From contig OY970212.1 of the NCBI GenBank assembly GCA_963713925.1, positions 576,001-640,000 of the forward strand: a DNA stretch of 64,000 bases, written 5' to 3'. Source of the DNA: an uncultured bacterium (lineage in GTDB: Bacteria; Babelota; Babeliae; Babelales; Vermiphilaceae). Positions 46,967 to 57,290 of this stretch are shown here, piece after piece (within the stretch, counting starts at the first letter, position 1; the number at the start of each line of letters is the position of its first letter). The notes under the pieces are model-generated. The model did not search any database, was not told the origin of the DNA, and saw only the letters and a list, made by a program, of their open reading frames with translations. Both the position numbers and the translations under genes were made by a program.

Positions 46967-47153
46967 TTTCTAGAATAAAGAAAAAGAAAAAGGAAGGGAT
47001 TTTAAGTCCCTTCCTTTTTTTGTTGCAAACGCAAGATGTAGGGCGATTTGTCATGGTGCGAGCAATCCAGTAGTATTTGACTATTTTTTCGCGCTGTTAT
47101 AGTATAGCGGCGGTTATGAGAGCTTTTAAAAAACCTTTTAGAAAGGATACTGG

Positions 47154-47657
47154 ATGTCATCTTCATTTAAAGCTGCCGTACTGAGCATTGCGCTACTCGT
47201 TAGTGTTCCCGCTTCAGCAATTGGGTTGCCAAAATTAAATGTGCGTAATGCACTCAAAGGCGGATTTGTTGCTCTTGTCGGAGCCGGCGCCATTGTGTAT
47301 TATTTCAAAACACAAAAAACAGAATCAGAAATTGCAGAAAAAAAATCAGTCCGCATGGATGAAGTCGACCCATTGGCTCAAACAATGGAAATGGTAAACG
47401 ATGTCATCGGTCAAGATGGTAAAGATGATAAATTGGATTATGTAGACAAAGCGACCGGTGCTATTATTAAAGAAAAAACCCCCGCTACCGGGTTTGGCGC
47501 AGTAAAAAAATTTGTAACCAAGAAAGTGATGCCTGTAGCAACTTCTTTGTATGTTCTCAACAAAATGCGTACAGAATTTGTTGATGGTATGAAATTCTTT
47601 GGAATTAATCTTGATTCATGGATTCCTGAAATTCCAAACATGAGTAAGCTTAACTAA
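47154..47657 (+). CDS. Hypothetical secreted/membrane protein
   Basis: Signal peptide and TM helix; AAGGA RBS. Confidence 0.75.
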   Translation: MSSSFKAAVLSIALLVSVPASAIGLPKLNVRNALKGGFVALVGAGAIVYYFKTQKTESEIAEKKSVRMDEVDPLAQTMEMVNDVIGQDGKDDKLDYVDKATGAIIKEKTPATGFGAVKKFVTKKVMPVATSLYVLNKMRTEFVDGMKFFGINLDSWIPEIPNMSKLN

Positions 47658-47832
47658 TTTGACTCATACGTTAGAAATGAAAGAGAGCGAACTTTTTAAG
47701 TCCGCTCTCTTTTACTTTACCCCAATTTCGCTTTGCTCTGATTGGGGGCCCCAAACGAAGCGAAAGCGTAATTTTGATTAATATGCCAATAAATGTTTCA
47801 AAGAAACACGACTTTCAAGTCAGGGAAAGCTT

Positions 47833-49569
47833 TTATCGTGAATGAGACACTAAAACAGACGCCGTTTTTTCTACATGTTGAGGCTGCAAGGTATTTCGCT
47901 CTTGTGCGTAGCGATGCGCGGCTGTCACAAATCCATAAAATAATGGGCTTGGATTGCCGAGTCTGCTCATAAATTCCGGGTGCGCTTGCGTCGTCACAAA
48001 AAATCTATGCCATGGCAGTTCAAAGAATTCCATCAAGCGTTTGCCGTCGGCGCGTGTGGTAAATCCGGAAAACAATGCCCCACAGGCTTCAATTTGAGCA
48101 ACATAGTCGGGATTGACTTCATAGCGATGTCTATGCCGCTCCACGACCGTTGGTAACGAGCCATCGGACGAAAGCGCAATTCGTCCCGCTGCTCGATATA
48201 AATCAAACACCTTTGATTCAGGAATCACCGATGCTTTATAATCCCCAAGCCGCATGGTCGCGCCCATATTTCCTTCGCTCATATGCTGCATCTGCTCAGG
48301 CAATAAGGTGATCACCGGATATTTGGTGTTCGCTTCAACTTCCGTTGTATGCGCGCCAGCCATAAAGCAGACATTGCGTGCAAATTCAACAACTGCCAAC
48401 TGCAGGCCATAACATAAGCCGAGCAGTGGAATATTCTTTTTGCGTGCATATGCAAGGGCCATAATCTTGCCTTCAACACCCGCATTGCCAAATCCACCCG
48501 GCACGATGATACCATCATACATTCCTAACGAATCAACTGAAGCCGGATCTTTCTCAAAATCAGTGGCATTAATCCAGGCAATGGCAACTTTGACATCATG
48601 TTGCGCGCCTGCATGCACGATGGATTGATAAATACTCACATAGCTATCAATCAAACTGTAATCGCCGACTTCCAAATATTTCCCGACAATCGCGATTTGT
48701 ATAGAGCGTGTTGGCTCTTTAATGCGATCAACGAGCATTTGCCAGAGATTCCATTCAGGATCTTTGTGGCGCTTGAGTTTAAAATGATCAAGGATTTTTT
48801 CTCCCAAACGCTCTTTCTCAAGGTTGAGTGGCATTTCATAGATAGTGCCTAAGTCAGGCGCCGAGATGATGCGATTTGACGAGATATTGGCAAACACCTC
48901 AATTTTCTTTTTCCTGACATGATCAAGCGGATCTTTTGAGCGACAGATAATAAAATCAGGATAAATGCCTTCTTGGGCCAACATGCGAATGGCTTGTTGC
49001 GTCGGCTTTGTTTTCATTTCTTGAATATGCGATGGCACCGGCAAATAGGTCACTAACACATGAGCCACCATGTCAGAGCCAAATTCTCGCTCGAGCGCCT
49101 TGATGGCAAACAAGTAAGGAACATTTTCATAGTCGCCGACGGTGCCGCCGAGTTCGATGATTGCAATTTCATATCCGGCGGATGCATCAAGAATCCGTTG
49201 TTTGACTTCATCAATAATGTGCGGGATAAATTGCACGGTTTGACCCAAATACTGTCCACGGCGTTCGCGATCAATAACGGCTTTGTAAATTTGTCCGGTT
49301 GTTATATTATTTTTTTTCGGGATATCTTGATCAAGAAAACGCTCGTAGGTGCCTAAATCTTGATCAATCTCGCCACCATCATGCGTCACCCACACTTCTC
49401 CATGCTCAGTAGGGCGCAATGTTCCGGCATCAAAATTGATGTAAGGGTCTATCTTTATAACGGTTGTGGAAAAACCATACTCTTTAAAAATCCTTCCCAA
49501 TGATGCCGTTGTGACCCCTTTGCCTACACCTGAAATTACTCCACCGGCTACAAACACAAACCGCGTCAT
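47833..49569 (-). CDS. pyrG: CTP synthase
   Basis: GGVISGVGKG, KIDPYIN, KTKPTQ, GLCYGLQ, ERHRHRYE, QAHPEF. Confidence 0.97.
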   Translation of the reverse strand: MTRFVFVAGGVISGVGKGVTTASLGRIFKEYGFSTTVIKIDPYINFDAGTLRPTEHGEVWVTHDGGEIDQDLGTYERFLDQDIPKKNNITTGQIYKAVIDRERRGQYLGQTVQFIPHIIDEVKQRILDASAGYEIAIIELGGTVGDYENVPYLFAIKALEREFGSDMVAHVLVTYLPVPSHIQEMKTKPTQQAIRMLAQEGIYPDFIICRSKDPLDHVRKKKIEVFANISSNRIISAPDLGTIYEMPLNLEKERLGEKILDHFKLKRHKDPEWNLWQMLVDRIKEPTRSIQIAIVGKYLEVGDYSLIDSYVSIYQSIVHAGAQHDVKVAIAWINATDFEKDPASVDSLGMYDGIIVPGGFGNAGVEGKIMALAYARKKNIPLLGLCYGLQLAVVEFARNVCFMAGAHTTEVEANTKYPVITLLPEQMQHMSEGNMGATMRLGDYKASVIPESKVFDLYRAAGRIALSSDGSLPTVVERHRHRYEVNPDYVAQIEACGALFSGFTTRADGKRLMEFFELPWHRFFVTTQAHPEFMSRLGNPSPLFYGFVTAAHRYAQERNTLQPQHVEKTASVLVSHSR

Positions 49570-49690
49570 TGAGAACTCCTATAACCAAATAAATTTTTTA
49601 CATCGCAAAAGATTCTAACAGCTTTTTATATAAAAAGAAGAATGGACCTCAAAGTCGTTCTTCAAGGTCCATTCTTCTTTTTATAATTTT

Positions 49691-50125
49691 TTACTTAACT
49701 ATTTTCGGTAACTTATTCAGCATGAGACTTTGAAATGCTTTTATGGCCTCATTATTTGTTTGGTATGCTTCAAATTTTCTCAAATAATCAGCATCCAGAT
49801 TATCACGTCGTATATACAACTCAAGCATCGAGTCTTTTTTTGCAATTTCTCCGTCAAACGCTTCCAAAATCCCAACAATTGAACCGGCCATAAAGGTTGC
49901 CGCTTCTTTATCACTTACGTCTAGATTCATTCCTTCCTGGAACTTTCCGTTAAAAAAAGCATACGCATCTTTATACCCTGCAGGCCTTCCCAGATCTGCC
50001 ACACGATCCAAGTTTCCTTTATGTTCTCTTAAAGTTACGGCCAACGCGCATTCTACCTCAGAAGCCCTACTTGAGAATCCCGATATTGCAATCAAACAGA
50101 TCGAGAGTAATACTATTTTTTTCAT
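49691..50125 (-). CDS. Hypothetical secreted protein (paralog of 50148-50600)
   Basis: Signal peptide; EAA..MAGS and Y.TNN....FQ shared. Confidence 0.75.
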   Translation of the reverse strand: MKKIVLLSICLIAISGFSSRASEVECALAVTLREHKGNLDRVADLGRPAGYKDAYAFFNGKFQEGMNLDVSDKEAATFMAGSIVGILEAFDGEIAKKDSMLELYIRRDNLDADYLRKFEAYQTNNEAIKAFQSLMLNKLPKIVK

Positions 50126-50147
50126 TGGAACCTTTCTTTATAAAAAA

Positions 50148-50600
50148 TTATTGATCAGCATTTTGTACCAAGGGACGCATAAAATTTTGAAAGTTTATCA
50201 TGGTTGCATTGTTGGTCGGATATGAATTTAATTTTCGCAAATCATCGGATGATCCGCCAATGGCGTTTGCTATATAGGAGATAGCAGTTTTACCGGATAA
50301 TTTATTACGTTCAATTGAAGATACAATTGCATCTACCGAGCCAGCCATTGCAACAGCAGCCTCTTGTTCCGTTAAATTCATATTTGGAGACCGCATATCT
50401 TCCCAACGGTACCATTTTGCCTTAAGAAGTTTATGCGAGTCATCATAAGTTACTGCAGACTTTCCTGATACGGCGGTTAAAAGCCTTTGATATTCTTTTA
50501 ACGTGCTTACAACAACAGTCGCATTTTCCGGATTATCCGATCCGAAGGCTGCACATGAGATCAAACTCACGAGTGAGAGCATGATTTTCATTTTCTTCAT
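50148..50600 (-). CDS. Hypothetical secreted protein (paralog of 49691-50125)
   Basis: Signal peptide; shared motifs. Confidence 0.75.
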   Translation of the reverse strand: MKKMKIMLSLVSLISCAAFGSDNPENATVVVSTLKEYQRLLTAVSGKSAVTYDDSHKLLKAKWYRWEDMRSPNMNLTEQEAAVAMAGSVDAIVSSIERNKLSGKTAISYIANAIGGSSDDLRKLNSYPTNNATMINFQNFMRPLVQNADQ

Positions 50601-50703
50601 ATCGTCCTTTCATAAACATTTCTCAAACCGTATCCTTCATGATGTCGTTATACTATCAAAAAAAGCTTTTGTATAGACGGGGGGCTGTCGCACTTAAATA
50701 TCC

Positions 50704-51046
50704 GTTCGAATGGTTCGACTAACGCTTATACCCCTAATTTCGCTTACGCTGCATTGGGGCCCCAAAACCACGAACGGGCCCCGCGCCTAAGCGTGGGTGA
50801 AAACGGGTTCTGTGCCTTTAGGTGGGTTAATTTTTTTATTTTTTGCGTTCGTGGTGAGTGTAGCGTAATTTTTTGGGGTCCCCCGATGAAGGGTCCCATG
50901 CGTAAGTGCAACGTAAGCATGGGTAAATGGAGCGTACGCGAAATTGGGCCCCATACGAAGTTTGCGAAGTATGGGTAAAAATTGGGGCAATAGCGAAATC
51001 ACGGGCCCCATGCGTAAGCAATGGGTGAAAATCGAACCATTCGAAC
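50704..51046. repeat. Family A inverted pair expanded by multiple nested family B copies
   Basis: Termini GTTCGAATGGTTCGA / TCGAACCATTCGAAC; at least five GGG(C/T)CCC..GGGTRAAA units. Confidence 0.9.
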
Positions 51047-51144
51047 TTCCAAGTTTGTATAGACGGTATGCTTGACAATATGCTATTGATTTTTTATACC
51101 AGTAGGCAGTTTGTGCATATCTGTAAGGAGGTTAAAATATAAAG

Positions 51145-51579
51145 ATGAATACTATCTATTCATATTTGTTTGTTTTGCTTTTTTCCTGTTGCGACATCTC
51201 AAGCGGAGATGGCAAGGTCGCAGTTTCAATTGATTTCATGGGAAAGCATCAAGATTTACAAATAAATAATGATCAAGCCAAGGATTTAGTAAAAACGATT
51301 GATGGCATATACGTACAACAGAAGGCTGCTATCACCTATTTGCTCGCCTCTGCCGTTTGTGGAAAAAATAAGCAATTTGCAATGGAGTATCGCATAGATT
51401 ACACCGACCAGAATAGAACAATACGCCTTATATGTGGTACAAAAAGCACTCGACCCAAAGCGGTTGACTATAAGGGGTTCGATGATCACGTTTTTGACAC
51501 AACGCAATTTACCAAATTCATAATCAGATGCTCTCAGCAAACTGCCTTCAATCAAATAGCCGAGATTGCTACAAAATAA
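51145..51579 (+). CDS. Hypothetical secreted protein / possible lipoprotein
   Basis: AAGGAGG upstream, LLFSC N-terminus. Confidence 0.6.
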   Translation: MNTIYSYLFVLLFSCCDISSGDGKVAVSIDFMGKHQDLQINNDQAKDLVKTIDGIYVQQKAAITYLLASAVCGKNKQFAMEYRIDYTDQNRTIRLICGTKSTRPKAVDYKGFDDHVFDTTQFTKFIIRCSQQTAFNQIAEIATK

Positions 51580-52819
51580 GCGCGGCAATATAAGCTGTTA
51601 ATAAATTGGAAAGAGCTGCTGCAAAGACTGCTTTCACCCCAAGACGAGTGATGAATGTTCGCTTAGCAGGATGCAAGACGCCGAGTGCACCGATTTGAAT
51701 ACCGATACATGAAAAGTTTGAAAAGCCGCACAATGCATATGTTAAAATATCTTTTGTACGTTCTGAGAGGTTCATATGCACCAATGCATCATAGGCAAAA
51801 AGCTCATTGAGCGCAATCTTAGTTCCCAGTAAACTTCCTGTCGCCATTGATTCTTGAGATGTGAATCCAAATAGGTAACCGAATGGCGCAAAAAGATATG
51901 CCATAATTGACTGAAATGAAAGGTTTGGTAATTGCCATGTGTGTGGCAAGCTATGATTTATTAACGAACCCCCAACCGCGAGGAGCGCATTTGCGCATGA
52001 TAAAAGCGCGAGAAATGAAATAAGCATTGCTCCAATGTTGAGGGCAAGCATCAATCCATTTGAGGTACCGTGTGCGATGGCATCAAATATATTGTCAGCA
52101 GCACACACTTGCTCAGCGTGCGCATCTTTAATTTCTTGAGCTTGTTTGTTGTCAGGAATAATGATTTTTGCAAATAACAATGCTCCCGGTATGGACATCA
52201 CGCTTGCAGCCAACATATGAACTGCGCTGACTCCCATAGCAGCGTAGACTGCCAAAATTGAGCCGCTGATGGTTGCCATGCCGCTGACCATCACGACGAA
52301 TAATTCCGAATCATTCATACGAGGCAAATAATTGCGAATGAGCAACGGCGATTCAGTTTGCCCCAAAAAGCTGTTGGCAACTGCGCATAATGTTTCAGGT
52401 CCGGATGTTCCTAACAACGGCTGAATCACATACCCAACGGCTTGTACGATTTTTTGAATAATGTTGAGATGAAAGAGAAGCGAGGTAAGTGCTGAAAAAA
52501 AGATAATGACAGGCAATACCTTCACCGCGAAGACAAATCCCCATGGTCCATTTTGTATGAGATTTCCAAATAAAAATGCAGATCCAACATCGGCAAAACT
52601 ATAAAGTTTGACAATCCCGTGCGCGAGCCAAGAAAACAAGGCAATTCCCAAAGAAGTTTTTAGTATGGCAATACCAAACACCACTTGCATGAGTAATGCT
52701 TTGCAGACAAAAGACCATGAAATGGCTTGTCGATTGTGCGAGAGAAGCCAGGCAAGAGCTATGGTAATACCGATTCCTAAGAGTGGTAACGCGTAAGATG
52801 CATTCACTAAGAATGTCAT
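51569..52819 (-). CDS. nupC: Concentrative nucleoside transporter (CNT/NupC)
   Basis: VLPVIIFFSAL, FLGQTESPL, GMATISGS, KIALNE, YALCGFSNFSCIGIQIG. Confidence 0.93.
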   Translation of the reverse strand: MTFLVNASYALPLLGIGITIALAWLLSHNRQAISWSFVCKALLMQVVFGIAILKTSLGIALFSWLAHGIVKLYSFADVGSAFLFGNLIQNGPWGFVFAVKVLPVIIFFSALTSLLFHLNIIQKIVQAVGYVIQPLLGTSGPETLCAVANSFLGQTESPLLIRNYLPRMNDSELFVVMVSGMATISGSILAVYAAMGVSAVHMLAASVMSIPGALLFAKIIIPDNKQAQEIKDAHAEQVCAADNIFDAIAHGTSNGLMLALNIGAMLISFLALLSCANALLAVGGSLINHSLPHTWQLPNLSFQSIMAYLFAPFGYLFGFTSQESMATGSLLGTKIALNELFAYDALVHMNLSERTKDILTYALCGFSNFSCIGIQIGALGVLHPAKRTFITRLGVKAVFAAALSNLLTAYIAALIL

Positions 52820-52855
52820 GTAATTCCTTTGGAAATGTATTGAGGGAAGATGGTA

Positions 52856-53926
52856 TTAAGAAAGAGCAGCGACATCTTTTTTGCGTTGCTCACGATCATA
52901 TGCGCGCAATGCTTGAATGATCTCATCCATGTCACCGGCAATTACTCGATCCAACTTGTTAAGCGTGAGGTCAACCTGATGGTCAGAAACGCGATTTTGA
53001 GGAAAGTTATAGGTGCGAACTTTTTCAGCGCGCATGCCAGTTCCCACGAGTTCTTTGCGCTGTTTACTAAGCTCTTCTTGTTTTTTTTCCATCTGATGCG
53101 CGAGAATACGCGACTGCAAAATCTTTAACGCTTTTGCTTTATTTTTATGCTGCGATCGTTCATCTTGGCAAGCCACAACAACGCCGGTCGGTATGTGAGT
53201 CACACGAACTGCAGAATCGGTTGTGTTGACGTGTTGTCCTCCGGCACCACTTGCGCGATAAACATCGATACGAAGGTCTGCCGGATTGATGGTCACATCA
53301 ACATCTTCTGCTTCGGGAAGTACGGCGATCGTTGCCGTTGAAGTATGAATACGGCCTTGGGTTTCAGTTGCTGGAACGCGCTGTACTCTGTGGACACCAG
53401 ATTCGCGCTTTAAATGTCCGTAAACACCTTTTCCTCGAATATAGAGAATAATTTCTCTATATCCGCCAAGATCGGTCGGGCTTGCGCTCTCAACTGAGAC
53501 CTTCCATCCCTTAGAGATGGCATAGTTGGTATACATATTCATGAGATCAGAAGCAAACAGAGCTGCTTCTTGTCCGCCGGTTCCAGCTCTGATTTCAAGA
53601 TACACGGAGCGATCATCAAGTGGATCAGATGGATACAAGATCGATTCCAAATCTTCATTTGCCGATTTGATTTGAGATTCAAGCTCGGAAATCTCCTCCT
53701 TGTACAACGGAGTGAGTTCAGCATCAGTGTTGCTTGCTTCAAGAGCACGCGCTTCCCTGAGCTTTGTATCTAGCTCAAGAATATGAGTATGCGCGTCAAC
53801 AAGCTGGGTTACTCGAGAAAGCTCCTTTTGCAAGGTATTTCTTTTCGAACTTTCCAGTGTTGGCTCGAGAAGTTGCTGAGTTATTTCTTCTTTTCGAGCA
53901 CGAAGCTGATCCCAAGAGATATTCAT
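52856..53926 (-). CDS. prfA: Peptide chain release factor 1
   Basis: VQRVPATE (PxT), [17 protein letters not shown]. Confidence 0.97.
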   Translation of the reverse strand: MNISWDQLRARKEEITQQLLEPTLESSKRNTLQKELSRVTQLVDAHTHILELDTKLREARALEASNTDAELTPLYKEEISELESQIKSANEDLESILYPSDPLDDRSVYLEIRAGTGGQEAALFASDLMNMYTNYAISKGWKVSVESASPTDLGGYREIILYIRGKGVYGHLKRESGVHRVQRVPATETQGRIHTSTATIAVLPEAEDVDVTINPADLRIDVYRASGAGGQHVNTTDSAVRVTHIPTGVVVACQDERSQHKNKAKALKILQSRILAHQMEKKQEELSKQRKELVGTGMRAEKVRTYNFPQNRVSDHQVDLTLNKLDRVIAGDMDEIIQALRAYDREQRKKDVAALS

Positions 53927-53944
53927 GGACAGACCAGACAGCAG

Positions 53945-54148
53945 TTATTTTGATTTTTTATAACGCTTCTCAAATTTTTCAATTCTTCCAGCAGTGTCGA
54001 CATGTCGTTGTTCGCCGGTGAAGAATGGGTGGCATTGAGAGCAAATGGTCACGTGTAATTCATCTGCTGTTGAGCGGGTTCTAAAGGCGTTACCGCATGC
54101 GCAACGAGCAGTGATTTCGTGATTTTCTGGGTGGATTGAGGCTTTCAT
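53945..54148 (-). CDS. rpmE: 50S ribosomal protein L31 (zinc-binding type)
   Basis: [27 protein letters not shown]. Confidence 0.95.
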   Translation of the reverse strand: MKASIHPENHEITARCACGNAFRTRSTADELHVTICSQCHPFFTGEQRHVDTAGRIEKFEKRYKKSK

Positions 54149-54215
54149 ATACATCCTATCAGTAAATATATACACATATAATCAAATATTTCTTGTATAG
54201 TATCGTAAAAAGGCC

Positions 54216-55688
54216 TTATTGTAAAGGCGTCTGAGCGTGTTTGCCCTTCGAAAAGCCTTTTTCTTCCAGGGAAAAAACAGCTGAAACAAGGAGCGGGGTC
54301 AACACTGTCGTTATGATAAGTGCAACGACCGCAGCCGCATACCATTGTTCATCGATAAGACCGGCAGATTTGACCAAAAGGGCTATCACCAACCCGACTT
54401 CCCCCCGCGCGACCATGCTAAAGCCAAAAATAAGGGTTTCCGACCATGACCATTGATCATGGGATTCGCTTCGATAATTTTCAAGGGCGATGACTCCAGA
54501 ACAGGCTATGAGCTTACTGAAAATGGCCAGTACTGTCAGAGTAGCAACAACTATCCATTGGCCCGCCGAGAGAAGCCGAGCATCAAGTTGCAAGCCGACG
54601 CCAACCAAAAAAAGTGGCAGAAGCAATTGGGTGACAAACGGAGCAACCGCATGTTCTAAGCGAGCATCACTGTTTCGGGCGTGGAAAAATCCGGCAAAAT
54701 AAGCGCCTGTAATTCCCGCGAGCCCTATTGCCAATTCAGCGGTCGCATAAAAAAGAAACATGGTCAGTATACCAAGGTAAAAGGGTGCTTCTGCATGAAA
54801 TGAGCGAGCCAAGGCATACAATTGTGGAAATACATAAAATCCGCACGCAATCATTCCTATCAAACCGAAGATCATCGTCAGCATTGTGTAGACAATTCCC
54901 GATGATGCCACACCTTCCCCCATGACCATTGAAAAGAATACTGATACCATAATCACTGCAACAATATCATCAACGACTGCCGCTGCAAGCGTCGTACGCG
55001 CCGGTCGAGTGTCCATTTTTCCAAGACTCACCAGCAGTGCGACTGGAATTGAAATACTTGTTGCCGCAAACATTAACCCAATTGCGCAGGCGCCGGTGGT
55101 TGAAAGGCCGAACAGAGGAATTATCCCTGCACACATAATAAAGGGGACAAGAGCGCCCAGAATTCCCGCTGAAACAGCAATAAAACCAACAGATTTTACT
55201 TTTTTTAGATCAGTTTCATAACCAGCCAACCACATGAGCCAACTCACGGCAAACAGTGAGCAGACACCGGTAAAAAATTGAAAGAGAAAATCAAATTGAC
55301 CGACATGATAGGTGTGCTGAAACCCATGCTCAGCTAACGCTTGCATGGGGCCCATTTTATACCCATGCTCAGCTAACGCTTGCATGGGACCCATTTCACC
55401 AACTACCTGATAAAAACCATTAAAAAAGCGTGCTATATTAAACCCGGTTGGCCCGAGAATAATTCCGCTGAGCAGCATACCCGCAGTTCTTGAAAGGGAA
55501 ATATATTTTTCCAAAAGCAGGCTGATACCGATTGCTCCCGCGTATAAAAGCGCGATAAATAATGCCCCTACTGCTAGTATATGCGCGTTGTTTGCAAGAC
55601 CAGAGAGCGATGAAACCGTGATAAGATTGTGTGAAGCATGACAAGCAAAGGAGAAGGTCATGCTCAAAATAAGAAGAAGCATGCGCAT
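54216..55688 (-). CDS. Cation:proton antiporter (CPA2 / Na_H_Exchanger) with in-frame repeat insertion
   Basis: GIILGP, AGYETD, ATSISI, AAVVDD, MVARGEVGL. Confidence 0.9.
   Translation of the reverse strand: MRMLLLILSMTFSFACHASHNLITVSSLSGLANNAHILAVGALFIALLYAGAIGISLLLEKYISLSRTAGMLLSGIILGPTGFNIARFFNGFYQVVGEMGPMQALAEHGYKMGPMQALAEHGFQHTYHVGQFDFLFQFFTGVCSLFAVSWLMWLAGYETDLKKVKSVGFIAVSAGILGALVPFIMCAGIIPLFGLSTTGACAIGLMFAATSISIPVALLVSLGKMDTRPARTTLAAAVVDDIVAVIMVSVFFSMVMGEGVASSGIVYTMLTMIFGLIGMIACGFYVFPQLYALARSFHAEAPFYLGILTMFLFYATAELAIGLAGITGAYFAGFFHARNSDARLEHAVAPFVTQLLLPLFLVGVGLQLDARLLSAGQWIVVATLTVLAIFSKLIACSGVIALENYRSESHDQWSWSETLIFGFSMVARGEVGLVIALLVKSAGLIDEQWYAAAVVALIITTVLTPLLVSAVFSLEEKGFSKGKHAQTPLQ
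55320..55396. repeat. Tandem 39-nt family B repeats inside antiporter CDS
   Basis: Minus strand ATGGG(T/C)CCCATGCAAGCGTTAGCTGAGCATGGGT x2 = MGPMQALAEHG x2. Confidence 0.92.
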
Positions 55689-55768
55689 GAGGATCCTTTA
55701 TTTTACCCAAATGTATTTGTATACGGGATTGGAGTCCCCCCCACATTTATGTGCGGGGGGAGCATTTT

Positions 55769-56956
55769 TTATAAAATATAATATGCGTATGTTACAAGGA
55801 GCCCTGTTATAAGCACCGGAATTTTAACTGGTTTAAATCCAAATAATTTATAGGCTAAATTTGCAAACGTAAGCGCTATGATAATTGGATATCCGATATA
55901 AACAAGCGGCCCTCCTGTCACTGCAAGCACTTTTGCCAGTCCAAAAATGGAAAGTGGCAAACTGGCGATGAGTACAGAAATAAGAGAAGGTATATAACCG
56001 ATGCGTGATTGAGCGAGTGTTTTTTGGACATATTCTCCCACGACTGCTGACAAAGCGATGGCAGTTGAAAGACATGCCATGAGCACTGCGATAGCAACAA
56101 TAATTGCCCAATGGTTGCCCAAGATTCTCAAAGAAATGTCTTTAAACAAAAAGCCGGCATTGCTTCCATCAAATCCATATCCAAAATGTTCACCCAAATA
56201 AGCCATGCCGCAATAGACGATCGCTAACAAACCGACGCCCAAAATTCCTGACTTTAAAGCGAGTGACAAGCGGGCAGCGCGCGTTTCACTGCCGGTCCCC
56301 AGCGTTTGCTTGAGAATAACAAGCACAATGGACGAGAAGAAGATGGCTCCCAATAGATCCAGAGTTTCATAGCCGCGTTGCAGGCTGTGAGCAACGATCG
56401 AGAGTGCTGAAGCATGTGATTGTTCAACTGTTCCTGTCATGAAAAACGCCTTGATCATAATGATTGCAAGCGATGCAAGCAAGACCGGGCTGATGATGTT
56501 ACCCAGCAATGAGACAATAGCGCGTTCTTTATAGGTGCATAAAAAGGTGATCCCCAAAAAGATCACTGCAAAAACAAATGATGATGCGGGTGTGACAGTG
56601 CTTAAAAATGAAGTTGGCAAAAAGGGCGTCATCATCACGTGCGAAAGCGTAACAATACGCGGGATAACCAGCATCGGCCCAATGATCAGCATGCAGATTG
56701 CGATCATGATCTGTCCGGGGATTTTGCCCAAACGTTCAAAAAAGGCAGTATAGTTACCATCAAAGAGAATCATGGTGATAAGCCCGATAAGCGGCAGCAA
56801 TACTGATGTCACCAAAAATGCAGCAATGCCAAGCGGGGTTTGACTTTTGCTTTCAATGCCCACAAGCAATGGATACATTAAGTTCCCGGCACCAAAGAGC
56901 ATAGAAAAGATTGCAAGGCCGGTGGTAATTATATGCGATTCAAAGAATTTTTTCAT
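55769..56956 (-). CDS. brnQ: Branched-chain amino acid transporter BrnQ (LIVCS)
   Basis: FSMLFGAGNLMYP, IGPMLVIPR, GYETLDLLGAIFF, ACLSTAIAL. Confidence 0.92.
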   Translation of the reverse strand: MKKFFESHIITTGLAIFSMLFGAGNLMYPLLVGIESKSQTPLGIAAFLVTSVLLPLIGLITMILFDGNYTAFFERLGKIPGQIMIAICMLIIGPMLVIPRIVTLSHVMMTPFLPTSFLSTVTPASSFVFAVIFLGITFLCTYKERAIVSLLGNIISPVLLASLAIIMIKAFFMTGTVEQSHASALSIVAHSLQRGYETLDLLGAIFFSSIVLVILKQTLGTGSETRAARLSLALKSGILGVGLLAIVYCGMAYLGEHFGYGFDGSNAGFLFKDISLRILGNHWAIIVAIAVLMACLSTAIALSAVVGEYVQKTLAQSRIGYIPSLISVLIASLPLSIFGLAKVLAVTGGPLVYIGYPIIIALTFANLAYKLFGFKPVKIPVLITGLLVTYAYYIL

Positions 56957-57290
56957 AATAAATCCGATGTAAGGTAAGAAATAACAGTTTTAAAACAAGG
57001 GGTGAAGAAGAAAATTAAGATACTATGAGCGAATGCCCATAATAATAGACCCAGCGCACAGAACCATACATGAACAGGAAAGAAAGGTGTTCATCGATGA
57101 ATGATATACGTTTACAACGGGAAGCTGAAAATAATGCATGAAGACTTCCTTGCGTCTGGTTTTTTGAAGCCCCAGTCGGGGCTCAATTAATAATATTAAC
57201 TATTGCAGTATATAATAATGGTGTTTTTTTTCAATATAAGCTTCCCAATTCAGGTAAAAAAAAGACTCAAAAAAAGTCTTGCAACATTTT

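Noticed and set aside
50754..51078. Short ORFs over repeat clusters (also 1054-1245, 14561-14788, 58623-58940)
   Set aside because: They consist mostly of palindromic repeat sequence, which is stop-poor; no independent coding evidence.
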